A DNA stretch of 63,934 nucleotides, filler included, from Acidimicrobiia bacterium (lineage in GTDB: Bacteria > Actinomycetota > Acidimicrobiia > Spongiisociales > CAZKJJ01), in assembly GCA_046759765.1 (NCBI GenBank). It is 6 parts of 6 records of this genome, joined end to end, with 100 filler letters (N's around TTAATTAATTAA, not from the genome) between each part and the next. Parts side by side here need not be neighbours in the genome. Positions count along the whole stretch, not along the records: positions 34,141 to 45,252 come from JBHICV010000074.1; positions 45,353 to 56,431 come from JBHICV010000075.1; 4 more parts are not named here. The stretch is one strand, 5' to 3'. A program made the position numbers and the translations under genes. The notes beneath the pieces are model-generated. The model saw nothing but the letters and a program-made list of their open reading frames with translations, was not told where the DNA came from and ran no database searches. The stretch's first letter is position 1. The number at the start of each line of letters is the position of its first letter. Of the stretch, positions 41,218-51,706 are shown one piece after another.

Positions 41218-42471
41218 ATGTCTGAGTTTCCAGTGGCCACGAGCCCGGCGCCGGGAGTCATGGGCGTCGATTGGGAAGAGCGAGTCGACTTCGAGCGGCT
41301 TCGCCAGCATCGGATCGCTCGCGTTCGCGCGATGCTCTCCCAGGAGAATCTGGGCGCGGTCCTCCTGTTCGAGACCTCGAACATCCGCTATGCAACCTCG
41401 ACGCAGATCGGTTACTGGGCGTTCAACAAGGGTGAGCGCTGGGCTCTCGTGACACCCAATGGACGGCCACGCATTTGGGACTTCGGTTCTGCCGCCAAGG
41501 CCCACCGCCTGCAACTTCCGCACATGTATGACACGGAGAACTCGGTCGGGGGCAACACCGGCCTACAGGGAGCCATCGGGCCAGAGACAGGCCTGCATGC
41601 CAACGCCGCCAAGGAGATCAAGCGAATTCTCACCGAGGAGGGGCTGGCCGATCAGCCTCTCGGAGTGGATATGGCCGAAACGGCTGTGCTCCTGGCTCTT
41701 CAGGCCGAAGGTCTTCACGTCGTCGACGGCCAACAGGCCATGATGAAAGCCCGCGAGATCAAGAGCCCAGACGAGATCCTGCTGCTCACCCAGGCCTGTG
41801 CGATGGTCGACGGCGTCTACCAGGACATCTTCGAGGCGCTCAAGCCAGGGGTGCGAGAGTCGGACATCGTCGGGCTGGCACATGCTCGCCTGTTCGAGAT
41901 GGGTTCGGAGTTCATCGAGGCGATCAACTCGATTGCGGGCGAGCGCTGTAGCCCGCATCCCCATGTCTTCTCTGACCGCCTGATCCGTCCCGGAGACCAG
42001 GCCTACTTCGACATCATTCACGTCTTCAACGGCTATCGGACGTGCTACTACCGGACGTTCGTGGTGGGGCGGGCGACGCAGGCCCAACGGGACGCGTTCA
42101 AACAGTCACGAGAATGGATGGATGCCGCCATCGAACTCGTGAGACCGGGAACGACCACCGATCAGATCGCCAAGGTGTGGCCGCGAGCCGAGGAGTTCGG
42201 TTTCGACGACGAGATGGACGCTTTCGGGCTGCAGTTCGGCCATGGCGTGGGCGTGGGCCTGCATGAGCGTCCGATCATCAGCCGCTTGAACTCTCTCGAG
42301 AACCCGATCGAAATACGAGAAGGAATGCTTTTCGCCCTCGAGACTTATGCTCCCGCGGCGGATGGCCGCTCGGCGGCACGCATCGAAGAGGAAGTCATCG
42401 TGACAGCCGAAGGCAGCAAAGTGATCACGCTCTTCCCCTGCGAGGAGTTAATGGTCGCCAACGAGTACTAG
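41218..42471 (+). CDS. M24 family (Xaa-Pro peptidase/creatinase-like) hydrolase
   Basis: NIRYAT, REIKS.DEI, GHGVG..HE.P, ALE, RIEE. Confidence 0.9.
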   Translation: MSEFPVATSPAPGVMGVDWEERVDFERLRQHRIARVRAMLSQENLGAVLLFETSNIRYATSTQIGYWAFNKGERWALVTPNGRPRIWDFGSAAKAHRLQLPHMYDTENSVGGNTGLQGAIGPETGLHANAAKEIKRILTEEGLADQPLGVDMAETAVLLALQAEGLHVVDGQQAMMKAREIKSPDEILLLTQACAMVDGVYQDIFEALKPGVRESDIVGLAHARLFEMGSEFIEAINSIAGERCSPHPHVFSDRLIRPGDQAYFDIIHVFNGYRTCYYRTFVVGRATQAQRDAFKQSREWMDAAIELVRPGTTTDQIAKVWPRAEEFGFDDEMDAFGLQFGHGVGVGLHERPIISRLNSLENPIEIREGMLFALETYAPAADGRSAARIEEEVIVTAEGSKVITLFPCEELMVANEY

Positions 42472-42492
42472 TCGCAACCGGGGATCCACGCG

Positions 42493-43506
42493 ATGACCAC
42501 CGAGCAGACTGCGTCTCCCGACGTCGACCTCACGAAGACTGAGCGCTTGGCCATCTACCGCTCAATGGTCGAGATGCGGGAGTTCGAGTTGAAGGCCCAC
42601 GCCCTCTTCATGGAGGGCTTGGTGAAGGGAACCAGTCATCTCGGCATGGGCCAGGAAGCGGTGGCGGCCGGCTTCGCCGCCGCGATGCGCGATGACGATC
42701 TCTCCTTCTCTAGCTATCGGGGTCACAATCACGCCCTGGCGCGCGGGGCACCAATGGCACCCGTGATGGCCGAGCTCCTGGGCTACGCCAACGGTATCTG
42801 CGGCGGCAAGGGAGGCTCCATGCATATCACCGGAGCCGAGCACGGGCACCTTGGTTCGTATGCCATTGTGGGCGCTCACATGCCGATCGCCGCCGGTGCG
42901 GCGTGGGCCGCCGCTGTGCGTGGGACGGAACAGGTCTCGGTGTGCTTCTTCGGCGACGGCGCCACCAACATCGGGGCATTCCATGAGGCATTGAACATGG
43001 CTGTGGTGTGGAAGCTGCCGGTGGTATTCGCCTGCGAGAACAACCTCTACATGGAATACACGCCGATCGGGGATGTCACGGCAGTGGAGTACCCGGCCGC
43101 GGACAGGGCGTCCGCATACGGGCTCGAACGGATTCTGATCGACGGAAACGACGCTGATTCCGTATACGAGGTCGCCGAGCGGACGATCGCACGGGCACGC
43201 CGCGGCGAAGGACCATCGCTCGTGGAGGCGCTCACCTACCGACATGGCGGGCATTCGCGGGCCGATCCCGGAAAGTATCGACCCGACGAGGAGGTCGAAG
43301 AATGGAAGGCGCGCGATCCGCTCATCCTCTATCGAGAGCGGCTCGAGGCGTTGGGGGTCGAAGGCGATGCTTTGGATGAGATCGAGCAACAGGTCACAGA
43401 AGCAGTGGAGAAGGCCACCGATGAGGCTCGGGCCGGTGCCCCGCCGGGACCGGACGAGCTGGCCACGCAGGTCTGGGCAGACGGAGGTGCGGCGTGGCGG
43501 AACTGA
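42493..43506 (+). CDS. TPP-dependent dehydrogenase E1 alpha subunit (AcoA-like)
   Basis: GQEA, YRGH, GKGGSMH, GDGATN...ENN, TYRHGGHS..D. Confidence 0.92.
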   Translation: MTTEQTASPDVDLTKTERLAIYRSMVEMREFELKAHALFMEGLVKGTSHLGMGQEAVAAGFAAAMRDDDLSFSSYRGHNHALARGAPMAPVMAELLGYANGICGGKGGSMHITGAEHGHLGSYAIVGAHMPIAAGAAWAAAVRGTEQVSVCFFGDGATNIGAFHEALNMAVVWKLPVVFACENNLYMEYTPIGDVTAVEYPAADRASAYGLERILIDGNDADSVYEVAERTIARARRGEGPSLVEALTYRHGGHSRADPGKYRPDEEVEEWKARDPLILYRERLEALGVEGDALDEIEQQVTEAVEKATDEARAGAPPGPDELATQVWADGGAAWRN

Positions 43507-44468
43507 CCTACCGGGATGCCGTTGCGCATGGAATCGCCCAGGAGATGGAGCGCGATCCGAGCGTCTACATGATCGGTGAGGACATCGGGGTAGCTGAAGG
43601 GGTATTCAAGACGACTGTTGGCTTGTTCGAACGGTTCGGTCCCGACCGGGTCCGGGACACCCCGATCTCGGAGGAGGCCATCACGGGAATGGTGATGGGG
43701 GCGGCTATGAACGGGCTTCGGCCCATCGGCGAGATCATGTTCTCGGACTTCCTGGCTACCTGCTGGGACATCGTCGCCAACCAGATCGCCAAGACCCGTT
43801 ACATGACCGACGGGCAGGTCGAGCTACCGATTGTTCTGCGCACGGCCAACGGCGGAGGAGTGCGGTTTGGCGGCCAGCACAGCCAGAGCGTGGAGAACTG
43901 GGCGATGTCGGTCCCCGGGCTCAAGGTGGTTGCCCCTTCGACACCGGTCGACGTGGTCGGACTGATGGCGGCTTCCGTACGCGATCCCGATCCGGTCATA
44001 TTCTTCGAGCACAAAGCGCTGTTCGCCACCAAAGGTGAGGTTCCGGACGGTGAGATCGTCGACGAGCTCGGCAAGGCCAAGATCGTTCGCGACGGCACCG
44101 ACGTCACGATCGTCGCATTGGCGGCGATGGTCCCCAAAGCGTTGGAGGCGGCCGACCAGCTCGCGGCAGAGGGAATCTCCGCCGAGGTGATCGATCTCCG
44201 AACGTTGGTGCCGTTGGACGTCCGGACTTTCCTTGCCTCGGTGGAAAAGACGAGCCGGCTGGTGACCGTAGAGGAGAACCCGCGCCTGTGTGGCTGGGGA
44301 GCGGAGATCGTCTCGATCGTGGCCGAGGAAGGGTTCTGGAACCTCGATGGCCCGATCGTCCGCGTCACGACCCCTCACATCCCGTTACCGGCGACGGAAT
44401 TCCTGGAGGATCTGGCGCTGCCTTCGGCAGAGCGGATCGTTACCGCTGTTCGGCGGATTACGGACTAG
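43494..44468 (+). CDS. TPP-dependent dehydrogenase E1 beta subunit (AcoB-like)
   Basis: GEDIG, DTPISE, EIMF.DF, QHSQ, PVIFFEHK, IDLRTL.PLD. Confidence 0.92.
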   Translation: MAELTYRDAVAHGIAQEMERDPSVYMIGEDIGVAEGVFKTTVGLFERFGPDRVRDTPISEEAITGMVMGAAMNGLRPIGEIMFSDFLATCWDIVANQIAKTRYMTDGQVELPIVLRTANGGGVRFGGQHSQSVENWAMSVPGLKVVAPSTPVDVVGLMAASVRDPDPVIFFEHKALFATKGEVPDGEIVDELGKAKIVRDGTDVTIVALAAMVPKALEAADQLAAEGISAEVIDLRTLVPLDVRTFLASVEKTSRLVTVEENPRLCGWGAEIVSIVAEEGFWNLDGPIVRVTTPHIPLPATEFLEDLALPSAERIVTAVRRITD

Positions 44469-44567
44469 CGGCTCAGCTTCGGCGGAGGTAGATCCCTCTC
44501 CGCGATGCTGGCCGCATAGAGTCCGATGCAAAAGGCCCAGACGAGCGCTCGAATCTGAGGAGGAAGC

Positions 44568-44995
44568 ATGGACATCATCGACCGGCACTTCGCCGCTGAG
44601 AACGCCCACGACGTGGAAGCGACGCTCGCTACCTACGCCGACGACATCATCTGGGACGACATAACCCATCCGGATAGTCCCTTCCACGGAAAGAGGCCGC
44701 CGCCAACGTGTACGGGGGCAGCCTGGAGGCCATACCGGACCTGAAGCTCACATCAGTGAAGAGGTTCAGCTCTGGGGACGGAAAGTTCGTGGTCGACGAA
44801 TCCATCGTCACCGGGCACCTGGAGGGCTTCTAGGCAGGTGTCGAAGGAGGGGGCGCTCCAGTCGAGGTGAGACTCCTCCACGTCTTCGAGCTGAGAGACA
44901 GCCTGATCGCGTACGAGAACGCGTGGTTCGACTCCGGCGCAGTTCGCCGTCAGGCCGACGTCTGGCATCAGGCCCAAGAAAGCGAGCCGCAATGA
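44568..44995 (+). pseudogene. SnoaL/ester cyclase family pseudogene
   Basis: SD GAGGAGG; MDIIDRHFAAENAHDV...HGK, a frameshift near 44692, EAAANVY...GF* (TAG 44831) AG...LHVFELRD.LIAYENAWFD. Confidence 0.8.
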
Positions 44996-45252
44996 ACGAC
45001 CTGCCCCTTTCCGAGCCGACCATGTGGGCAGCTTCTTGCGACCCCCCGAAGTACACGAGGCCCGCCGCGCATACAGGGCTGGTCAGATCCCGCATGACGA
45101 GCTACGAGCGACCGAGGACAAGGCTATTCGCGGGGTCGTCGCCCGGCAGGAGGAGGTCGGCCTTCGCGGAATCACGGACGGCGAGTTTCGGCGAGCCTTC
45201 TTCCACGTCGACTTTCTCGAGCAACTCGACGGTGTCACAGTCACGGAAGGAG
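44992..45252 (+). pseudogene. Cobalamin-independent methionine synthase II-like (YxjH family) pseudogene, N-terminal part
   Basis: PFRADHVGSFLRP...QEEVGL..ITDGEFRR...HVDF; ATG 44992 is out of frame with the body; continues into contig 3 through a large deletion. Confidence 0.8.
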
Positions 45253-45352
45253 NNNNNNNNNNNNNNNNNNNNNNNNNNNNNNNNNNNNNNNNNNNNTTAA
45301 TTAATTAANNNNNNNNNNNNNNNNNNNNNNNNNNNNNNNNNNNNNNNNNNNN
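45253..45352. other. Artificial contig linker
   Basis: N44-TTAATTAATTAA-N44. Confidence 0.99.
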
Positions 45353-45407
45353 CCGGGAAGGAGGCCGCACCGTCGGCGCCGGACGAGTAACCAAAATCCT
45401 CAAATGA
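45353..45407 (+). CDS. tuf: Elongation factor Tu, last 17 codons
   Basis: REGGRTVGAGRVTKILK* directly upstream of rpsJ. Confidence 0.95.
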
Positions 45408-45454
45408 GCGAAGCTCATTTCAGAGCAAACTGACAACTACGAGCAAACCGAGTA

Positions 45455-45769
45455 ATGGCAGACGAGAGCCAGACGATACGGATACGCCTCAAGGCCTACG
45501 ACCACGAAGTGGTCGACGAATCCGCGCGCAAAATCGCCGAGACCGTTGTTCGCACACAGGCTCAGATCAAGGGACCGGTTCCGCTACCCACCGAGATTCA
45601 CCGCTACACGGTCATTCGCTCCCCGCACAAGGACAAAGACTCGCGTGAGCATTTCGAGATGCGTATCCACAAGCGTCTGATCGACATTTTGGAACCGACG
45701 CCGAAGACCGTGGATTCGCTGATGCGACTGGATCTTCCCGCCGGAGTGGAAGTGGAGATCAAGCTGTGA
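45455..45769 (+). CDS. rpsJ: 30S ribosomal protein S10
   Basis: [30 protein letters not shown]. Confidence 0.99.
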   Translation: MADESQTIRIRLKAYDHEVVDESARKIAETVVRTQAQIKGPVPLPTEIHRYTVIRSPHKDKDSREHFEMRIHKRLIDILEPTPKTVDSLMRLDLPAGVEVEIKL

Positions 45770-46404
45770 AGGCCATCGTCGGCGAGAAAGTGGGGATGAC
45801 CCAGATATTCGACGAGGACGCGCGAGCCGTTCCCGTCACCGTCATTCAGGCCGGGCCCTGTCGCGTCGTCCAGATCAAGACGCCCGAGACCGACGGCTAC
45901 TCAGCCATTCAGCTCTCTTTTCAGGAGCTGGCGCCGGGAAAGGCCAATCAGCCGATGACCGGTCACTTCGCCAAGGCGGGCGTGCCGCCCAGCCGCCACC
46001 TAGTCGAGGTGCGGGTCGATGATCCCGAGTCGTATGAGCTGGGCCAAGAGATCAAAGTCTCCGACGTGCTCGCGCCGGGCCGCAAGGCCGACGTGACCGG
46101 GCTCTCCAAGGGTAAGGGTTTCCAGGGCGTCATGAAGCGGCACAACTTTTCCGGCCAAGGAGCCAGCCACGGTGTTCACAAGGTCCACCGGGCACCAGGG
46201 GCCATCGGCGCCTGCGCCACTCCGTCGCGCGTGTTCCGAGGCAAGCGGATGCCGGGGCGTATGGGCGCCGAGAGAACAACGATCCTGAATCTCGAAGTGG
46301 TTGCTATAGACGACGAGCGAGATCTGTTGCTTCTCGGTGGAGCAGTACCTGGCCGGCGCGGCTCCGTGGTGATTGTCCGAGAGGCGGTGAAGACTCATGC
46401 CTGA
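45766..46404 (+). CDS. rplC: 50S ribosomal protein L3
   Basis: [27 protein letters not shown]. Confidence 0.99.
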   Translation: MKAIVGEKVGMTQIFDEDARAVPVTVIQAGPCRVVQIKTPETDGYSAIQLSFQELAPGKANQPMTGHFAKAGVPPSRHLVEVRVDDPESYELGQEIKVSDVLAPGRKADVTGLSKGKGFQGVMKRHNFSGQGASHGVHKVHRAPGAIGACATPSRVFRGKRMPGRMGAERTTILNLEVVAIDDERDLLLLGGAVPGRRGSVVIVREAVKTHA

Positions 46405-47083
46405 CGCACCAACGGCCCTCGCATTTGATGCCGATGGCTCGTCCAAGGGCGAGCTCGAGCTCGATCCGGAAATCTTTGGCGTGGACCCCAACATTGCGTT
46501 GCTGCATCAGGTGGTAACAGCCCAGCTCGCCGGCGCGCGGGTCGGGTCGGCGAGTACCCAGACACGAGCCGAGGCGCGGGGCGGGGGCCGCAAGCCCTGG
46601 CGTCAAAAAGGTCTCGGGCGGGCACGGCATGGCTCTCGCCGGTCGCCGCAGTGGGTCGGGGGTGGAGTCGCCCACGGACCCAAACCCCGCAGCTACAAGC
46701 AGCGAACCCCCAAGAAGATGAAGAAGCAGGCGCTACATGCGGCCCTGTCGGCGCGTGCCTCCGAAGGCGCAATCCTCGTAATCGACACTCCTAACTGGGA
46801 CGAGCCACAGACGAAGCGTGGGCGCCGCCTGCTAGAAGACATAGGCGCGGCGGGCAAGACACTGGTGGTGCTCTCACCTCGTGACCGCAACACCGCCCTC
46901 TCGTTGCGAAACCTCCCCGGGGTGGTCATGTCTGTACCCGACCAGCTCACCGCGTACGAAGTCCTCTGGGCGAACCAGGTGGTCTTCACGACCGACACGC
47001 TTTCGGCGGCCACGGAAGCCGGCTCCTACGACGTGGGCAAGGGAGACTTCGTTCCCGAGGATGCGGAGGATGAGGTTTCGTGA
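46397..47083 (+). CDS. rplD: 50S ribosomal protein L4
   Basis: [28 protein letters not shown]. Confidence 0.99.
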   Translation: MPDAPTALAFDADGSSKGELELDPEIFGVDPNIALLHQVVTAQLAGARVGSASTQTRAEARGGGRKPWRQKGLGRARHGSRRSPQWVGGGVAHGPKPRSYKQRTPKKMKKQALHAALSARASEGAILVIDTPNWDEPQTKRGRRLLEDIGAAGKTLVVLSPRDRNTALSLRNLPGVVMSVPDQLTAYEVLWANQVVFTTDTLSAATEAGSYDVGKGDFVPEDAEDEVS

Positions 47084-47367
47084 AGGATCCCAGAGACGTG
47101 ATCATTGCCCCCGTGGTTTCGGAGAAGTCTTACGACCTGGTTGAGGATCTGAACACCTACACGTTCTTGGTGGACAAGCGGGCCACCAAGACTGAGATCA
47201 AGCAGGCGGTGGCGGACATATTCGGGGTCAGGGTTCTATCCGTGAACACGATGAACCGCATCGGCAAGAGAAAACGCACGGGCTACGTTGTCGGCCGCAG
47301 GGCCGCCACCAAACGGGCGCTGGTCAAGCTCCCCCCCGGCCAAAGCATCGACCTGTTCGGAGTCTGA
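47080..47367 (+). CDS. rplW: 50S ribosomal protein L23
   Basis: [26 protein letters not shown]. Confidence 0.98.
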   Translation: MKDPRDVIIAPVVSEKSYDLVEDLNTYTFLVDKRATKTEIKQAVADIFGVRVLSVNTMNRIGKRKRTGYVVGRRAATKRALVKLPPGQSIDLFGV

Positions 47368-47368
47368 G

Positions 47369-48202
47369 ATGGCAGTGAAGAAGCGCAAGCCGACCTCGCC
47401 TGGACGACGATTCCAGACCGTTGCGGACTACGCCGAGCTCACGTCGGACACACCCGAGAAGTCTCTTCTCGACTCCCAGAAGCGGTCGAGCGGGCGTAAT
47501 TCCGATGGCCGTATCACCTCGCGTCATCGCGGTGGAGCCCACAAGCGCCGCTATCGAGTAATCGACTTTCGGCGCAACAAGGACGGCGTTCCCGCGCGGG
47601 TGGCGAGCATCGAGTACGACCCCAACCGCAACGCACGGATTGCGCTCCTTCACTACGCCGACGGCGAGAAGCGCTACATCCTGGCTCCGGTCGGCGTGCG
47701 GGTCGGCGACCGGCTCGAGAGCGGATCGGGCGCCGAGATCCGCCCGGGCAACGCCCTGCCACTCCGCAACATCCCGGCCGGATCGATGGTGCATGGCGTC
47801 GAGCTGCGTCCTGGAGGCGGAGCGAGGCTGGCGCGCGCAGCCGGGACTGCGGTCCAGCTCATGAGCAAGGAAGGCGACCAGGCCCTTTTGCGGCTCCCAT
47901 CGGGCGAGATGCGTTTCGTCCATCTCGACAGCCGGGCCACCATCGGCCAGGTGGGCAACCCCGAGGCAGAGCTCGTGAAGATCGGAAAGGCGGGACGCAA
48001 TCGCTGGCGCGGTGTTCGTCCCCAGACGCGGGGCGTGGCCATGAATCCCGTGGATCACCCGCTGGGTGGTGGGGAAGGCAAGTCCTCCGGCGGAAGGCAC
48101 CCGGTGAGTCCGTGGGGCAAGCCCGAGGGTCGCACCCGCAAGAAGAAGAAGGCTTCCGACCGAGAGATCGTTCGCCGGCGTACGAAGAAGGGCCGCAGAT
48201 GA
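47369..48202 (+). CDS. rplB: 50S ribosomal protein L2
   Basis: [33 protein letters not shown]. Confidence 0.99.
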   Translation: MAVKKRKPTSPGRRFQTVADYAELTSDTPEKSLLDSQKRSSGRNSDGRITSRHRGGAHKRRYRVIDFRRNKDGVPARVASIEYDPNRNARIALLHYADGEKRYILAPVGVRVGDRLESGSGAEIRPGNALPLRNIPAGSMVHGVELRPGGGARLARAAGTAVQLMSKEGDQALLRLPSGEMRFVHLDSRATIGQVGNPEAELVKIGKAGRNRWRGVRPQTRGVAMNPVDHPLGGGEGKSSGGRHPVSPWGKPEGRTRKKKKASDREIVRRRTKKGRR

Positions 48203-48231
48203 CGGATAGGAGGGGATATATGGCGTACCCA

Positions 48232-48375
48232 CCTGCGAGCCTGATGGCGCCTCACCGGCCCTCGACGCCCCTGGCTGCGTCCTCCTCCTCGACGCAGTGC
48301 TCCGACTGCGCCTTCGTCGTGCGTCCTTGCCAGATGACGCCGATGCCTCGGCGACCCGCTCATCACTCCCACAGG
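48232..48375. repeat. MITE/RPE-like palindromic insertion between rplB and rpsS
   Basis: Imperfect terminal IR (CCTGCGAGCCTGATGGCG / CGCTCATCACTCCCACAGG) around a core CTGCGTC...GCAGTGCTCCGACTGC...CCTTGC. Confidence 0.6.
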
Positions 48376-48386
48376 AGGGAACGCCC

Positions 48387-48665
48387 ATGGCTCGCAGTCT
48401 GAAGAAAGGGCCGTTCATCGACGAGCACCTGATCCGCAAGATCGAGGAGCTCAACCGGACGGGAGAGAAGCGGGTCATCCGTACCTGGAGCCGTCGTTCC
48501 ACAGTCATTCCGGAGATGGTGGGCCACACGCTGGCGGTCCATGACGGCCGCAAGCACGTCCCGATCTACATCACCGAGGCGATGGTGGGCCACAAACTCG
48601 GCGAGTTCGCGCCGACGCGTACGTTCCGTGGGCATGCGGGCGAGAGAGCGGCGAGGAAGTTATGA
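48387..48665 (+). CDS. rpsS: 30S ribosomal protein S19
   Basis: [29 protein letters not shown]. Confidence 0.99.
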   Translation: MARSLKKGPFIDEHLIRKIEELNRTGEKRVIRTWSRRSTVIPEMVGHTLAVHDGRKHVPIYITEAMVGHKLGEFAPTRTFRGHAGERAARKL

Positions 48666-49006
48666 ATATAAGCGCCCGCGCTCGGTTCGTCAGGTTCTCG
48701 CCCTACAAGATCCGGCGTGTCCTGGACCTCATCCGGGGCCTTCCGGTGGAGGACGCTCGCCACGTTCTGCACTTCACGCAGCAGCGGGCTGCCGATCCGA
48801 TCGCCAAGGCATTGGAGTCCGCAGTCGCCAGCGCCCGCCACAACGAAGGTCTGGATTCGGAGGAGCTCTTCGTAGCGGAGGCGTTCGCTGACGAGGGACC
48901 GACCGTTAAGCGCTACCAACCGCGAGCGAGGGGCCGCGCTACCCAGATACTCAAGAGAACCAGCCACATCACGATCGTGGTGTCTGACGACGAGGAGCCC
49001 GTCTAA
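48662..49006 (+). CDS. rplV: 50S ribosomal protein L22
   Basis: SPYKIR.V.DLIRG, DEGP..KR..PRARGRA..I.KRTSHI. Confidence 0.99.
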   Translation: MNISARARFVRFSPYKIRRVLDLIRGLPVEDARHVLHFTQQRAADPIAKALESAVASARHNEGLDSEELFVAEAFADEGPTVKRYQPRARGRATQILKRTSHITIVVSDDEEPV

Positions 49007-50139
49007 TGGGACAGAAGACCCATCCCTACGCCTTTCGCATCGGCGTTGTCAACGACTGGAAGTCGCGGTGGTACAGCGACAAGGACTACACGGATCTCGT
49101 GAACGAGGACTGGCAGATCCGGGACCATCTCACCGGTGAGCTGACCCGGGGTGCCATCTCCCGCATCGAGATCGAGAGGACCCGCGACAAGGTTCAGGTG
49201 GACGTTCACACCGCGCGACCCGGAGTCGTCATTGGTAGGAAGGGCTCCGAGGCGGAGCGTCTCCGCAGCGAGCTGGAAGACCTGACGGGCCGGCGTGTCA
49301 AGCTGAACGTGATCGAGGTCAAGGATCCCGAGACCGACGCCCAGATCCTTGCGCAGGGCGTTGCCGACCAGATTCAGAACCGCGTCGCCTTTCGGCGGGC
49401 CATGAAGCGGGCCGTTGCGACCGCCACGAAAGCTGGAGCACAAGGCATCAGAGTCGAGTGCAACGGCCGGCTCGGCGGATCCGACATGGGGCGTCGTGAG
49501 TGGTATCGAGAGGGAAGAGTCCCCTTGCACACCATCAGGGCGGACGTCGACTTCGGCATGGCGACGGCTCGGACCACCGTCGGCGCCATCGGAGTAAAGG
49601 TGTGGGTCTACAAGGGAGACATCATTCCCACGCTGAAGACCACCAGGGAGAAGATCCAAGCAGAGGCCGCGCTGGCGACCGGAGGACCAAGCTCCGAAAG
49701 GCGTGGGATCGCGTCCGCTAGGGCGCGTGCCGAGATGGCAGTCGGGGAAGATCGAGAGCCGCGTCTGATCGAGGCTGGAGGCGGAAAGCGGCTGATCGAG
49801 GCGGGGGGCGGAAAGCGAGATGGCAGGAAGCTCATCGAGGCCGGCGGTGGAACGCAGCTGAAGCCCGAGCAGGCGCTGTCGGAGTACGAGGCTGAGCGCG
49901 AGACGGTTGAGGTGCCGGACGACGACGACTTTGTTCCGGAGAGTGATGCCACGGGCGAGGGCGACCAGCCCGTGGCCGAGCCGCAGGCCGGCGCTGCGCC
50001 CGACAAAGACGCGGAGGCGGTCGAATCGCCTGGGACCACCGAAGGGGACCAGACCTCCACAACGCCCCCGGAGGAGCCGGCCGACGATCCGTCCACAGCG
50101 AAGCCGCCCAACGATCCGTCCTCAGAGCAGGAGCAATAG
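49006..50139 (+). CDS. rpsC: 30S ribosomal protein S3 with long C-terminal extension
   Basis: [36 protein letters not shown]; about 165 extra residues. Confidence 0.97.
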   Translation: MGQKTHPYAFRIGVVNDWKSRWYSDKDYTDLVNEDWQIRDHLTGELTRGAISRIEIERTRDKVQVDVHTARPGVVIGRKGSEAERLRSELEDLTGRRVKLNVIEVKDPETDAQILAQGVADQIQNRVAFRRAMKRAVATATKAGAQGIRVECNGRLGGSDMGRREWYREGRVPLHTIRADVDFGMATARTTVGAIGVKVWVYKGDIIPTLKTTREKIQAEAALATGGPSSERRGIASARARAEMAVGEDREPRLIEAGGGKRLIEAGGGKRDGRKLIEAGGGTQLKPEQALSEYEAERETVEVPDDDDFVPESDATGEGDQPVAEPQAGAAPDKDAEAVESPGTTEGDQTSTTPPEEPADDPSTAKPPNDPSSEQEQ

Positions 50140-50142
50140 CCG

Positions 50143-50556
50143 ATGCTGATGCCCAAGCGGGAGAAGTTTCGCAAGGCCCACCGCGGTCGTCGTAAGGGTA
50201 TGGCCAAGGGGGGCACCACTGTCACCTTCGGTGACTATGGCCTGCAGGCGCTAACCTCCGGCTGGATCACCGCACGCCAGATCGAGTCCGCGCGCGTCGC
50301 GGTCACTCGCACGGTCCGAAGAGGCGGGAAGGTCTGGATAACGATCTTCCCGGACAAGCCAGTCACGGCGAAGCCGGCAGAGACTCGCATGGGTTCGGGC
50401 AAAGGCAACCCCGAGTTCCACGTCGCAGTCGTAAAGCCTGGAAGAGTCATGTTCGAGCTGTCCGGCGTGTCGGAGGACATGGCGAGAGAGGCAATGCGCC
50501 GCGCCGCGCACAAGCTGCCCGTGAAGACCAAGTTTGTCAGGCGGGAGGAAACGTGA
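50143..50556 (+). CDS. rplP: 50S ribosomal protein L16
   Basis: [27 protein letters not shown]. Confidence 0.99.
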   Translation: MLMPKREKFRKAHRGRRKGMAKGGTTVTFGDYGLQALTSGWITARQIESARVAVTRTVRRGGKVWITIFPDKPVTAKPAETRMGSGKGNPEFHVAVVKPGRVMFELSGVSEDMAREAMRRAAHKLPVKTKFVRREET

Positions 50557-50786
50557 AAGCAGCCGAGCTGCGCGACCTCACGCCTCGGGAGCTGCTAGAG
50601 CAGCTCAGCGAGGCCAAGGAGGAGCTCTTCAATCTGCGTTTCCAGCTGGCCACCAACCAGCTGGACAACACGTCGCGCCTGCGGGAGGTCCGTCACGACA
50701 TCGCCAGAATCAACACCGTCATTCGAGAGCAAGAGCTGGCGGCCTGGGAGGCGCAGCAAGCGGCCGCGGAGGAGCGTGATGACTGA
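50553..50786 (+). CDS. rpmC: 50S ribosomal protein L29
   Basis: [15 protein letters not shown]...R.DIARI.T. Confidence 0.98.
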   Translation: MKAAELRDLTPRELLEQLSEAKEELFNLRFQLATNQLDNTSRLREVRHDIARINTVIREQELAAWEAQQAAAEERDD

Positions 50787-51036
50787 GCGGGCCAGTCGCA
50801 AGGTGAGAACGGGAACCGTCATTTCGGATGCCAGAGACAAGACGGTCACGGTCGAGGTGATTACTCAGACTCGGCACGCCCGCTACGACAAGATCGTCCG
50901 TCGTGCCAGCCGATTCCACGTGCATGACGAGGCCAACGAAGCCAAGGTGGGAGATCTGGTTCTCATAGCTGAGACTCGCCCGCTTTCGAAGACAAAGCGA
51001 TGGCGCCTCGCCGAAATACTGGAGAGAGCACGATGA
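50779..51036 (+). CDS. rpsQ: 30S ribosomal protein S17
   Basis: [24 protein letters not shown]. Confidence 0.98.
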   Translation: MTERASRKVRTGTVISDARDKTVTVEVITQTRHARYDKIVRRASRFHVHDEANEAKVGDLVLIAETRPLSKTKRWRLAEILERAR

Positions 51037-51401
51037 TCCAGCAGGAATCGCGCTTGAAGGTGGCCGACAACAGCGGGGCGCGGGAGGTCCTGTGCATTCG
51101 GGTGCTGGGTGGCTCTCACCGTCGCTATGCGAGTTCGGGGGACGTGATCGTGGCGACGGTGAAGGATGCAATTCCCGGCGGTCCGCTCAAGCGCGGAGAG
51201 GTCGTGCGTGCCGTAGTGGTCCGGACGGCTAAAGAGCGCCGCCGCCGTGACGGGACCTACATTCGTTTTGACGACAACGCCTGTGTGCTCATCGGCGAGG
51301 GCAGGGAACCGCGAGGCACACGGATATTCGGACCGGTCGCGCGAGAGCTACGCGAGCGCCGCTTCATGCGGATTGTCTCTCTCGCTCCCGAGGTGCTCTG
51401 A
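51033..51401 (+). CDS. rplN: 50S ribosomal protein L14
   Basis: [35 protein letters not shown]. Confidence 0.99.
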   Translation: MIQQESRLKVADNSGAREVLCIRVLGGSHRRYASSGDVIVATVKDAIPGGPLKRGEVVRAVVVRTAKERRRRDGTYIRFDDNACVLIGEGREPRGTRIFGPVARELRERRFMRIVSLAPEVL

Positions 51402-51706
51402 TGAAGCTCCGCGAGGGCGATCGGGTGAAGGTTGTCACCGGCAAGGATGCGGGAAAGGAATCGCTGGTCGTGCGTGTCCTGCCCAAGAAGAACAAAGTCG
51501 TGGTCGAGAACGTGAACACTGCCAAGCGTCATCAGCGGCCGACGCAGCAGACGATGCAGGGCGGAATCATTGACAAGGACATGCCCATTGATGCCTCCAA
51601 CGTGATGATCCTGTGCCCGGAGTGCGGTCCGACCCGGGTCGGCTACACCTTTGACAAGGAAGGGACGAAACGCCGGATCTGTCGAAAGTGCGGTGGTGAG
51701 CTGTGA
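51401..51706 (+). CDS. rplX: 50S ribosomal protein L24
   Basis: GD.V.V.TGKD.GK, GGII, PI..SNV; C-terminal CxxC pairs. Confidence 0.98.
   Translation: MKLREGDRVKVVTGKDAGKESLVVRVLPKKNKVVVENVNTAKRHQRPTQQTMQGGIIDKDMPIDASNVMILCPECGPTRVGYTFDKEGTKRRICRKCGGEL

Noticed and set aside
44831..44833. TAG recoding (TAG at probable Trp sites here and at 23005)
   Set aside because: TAG ends normal genes (hup, rpsH, rpmD) and the same genes have frameshifts; TGG->TAG decay is simpler
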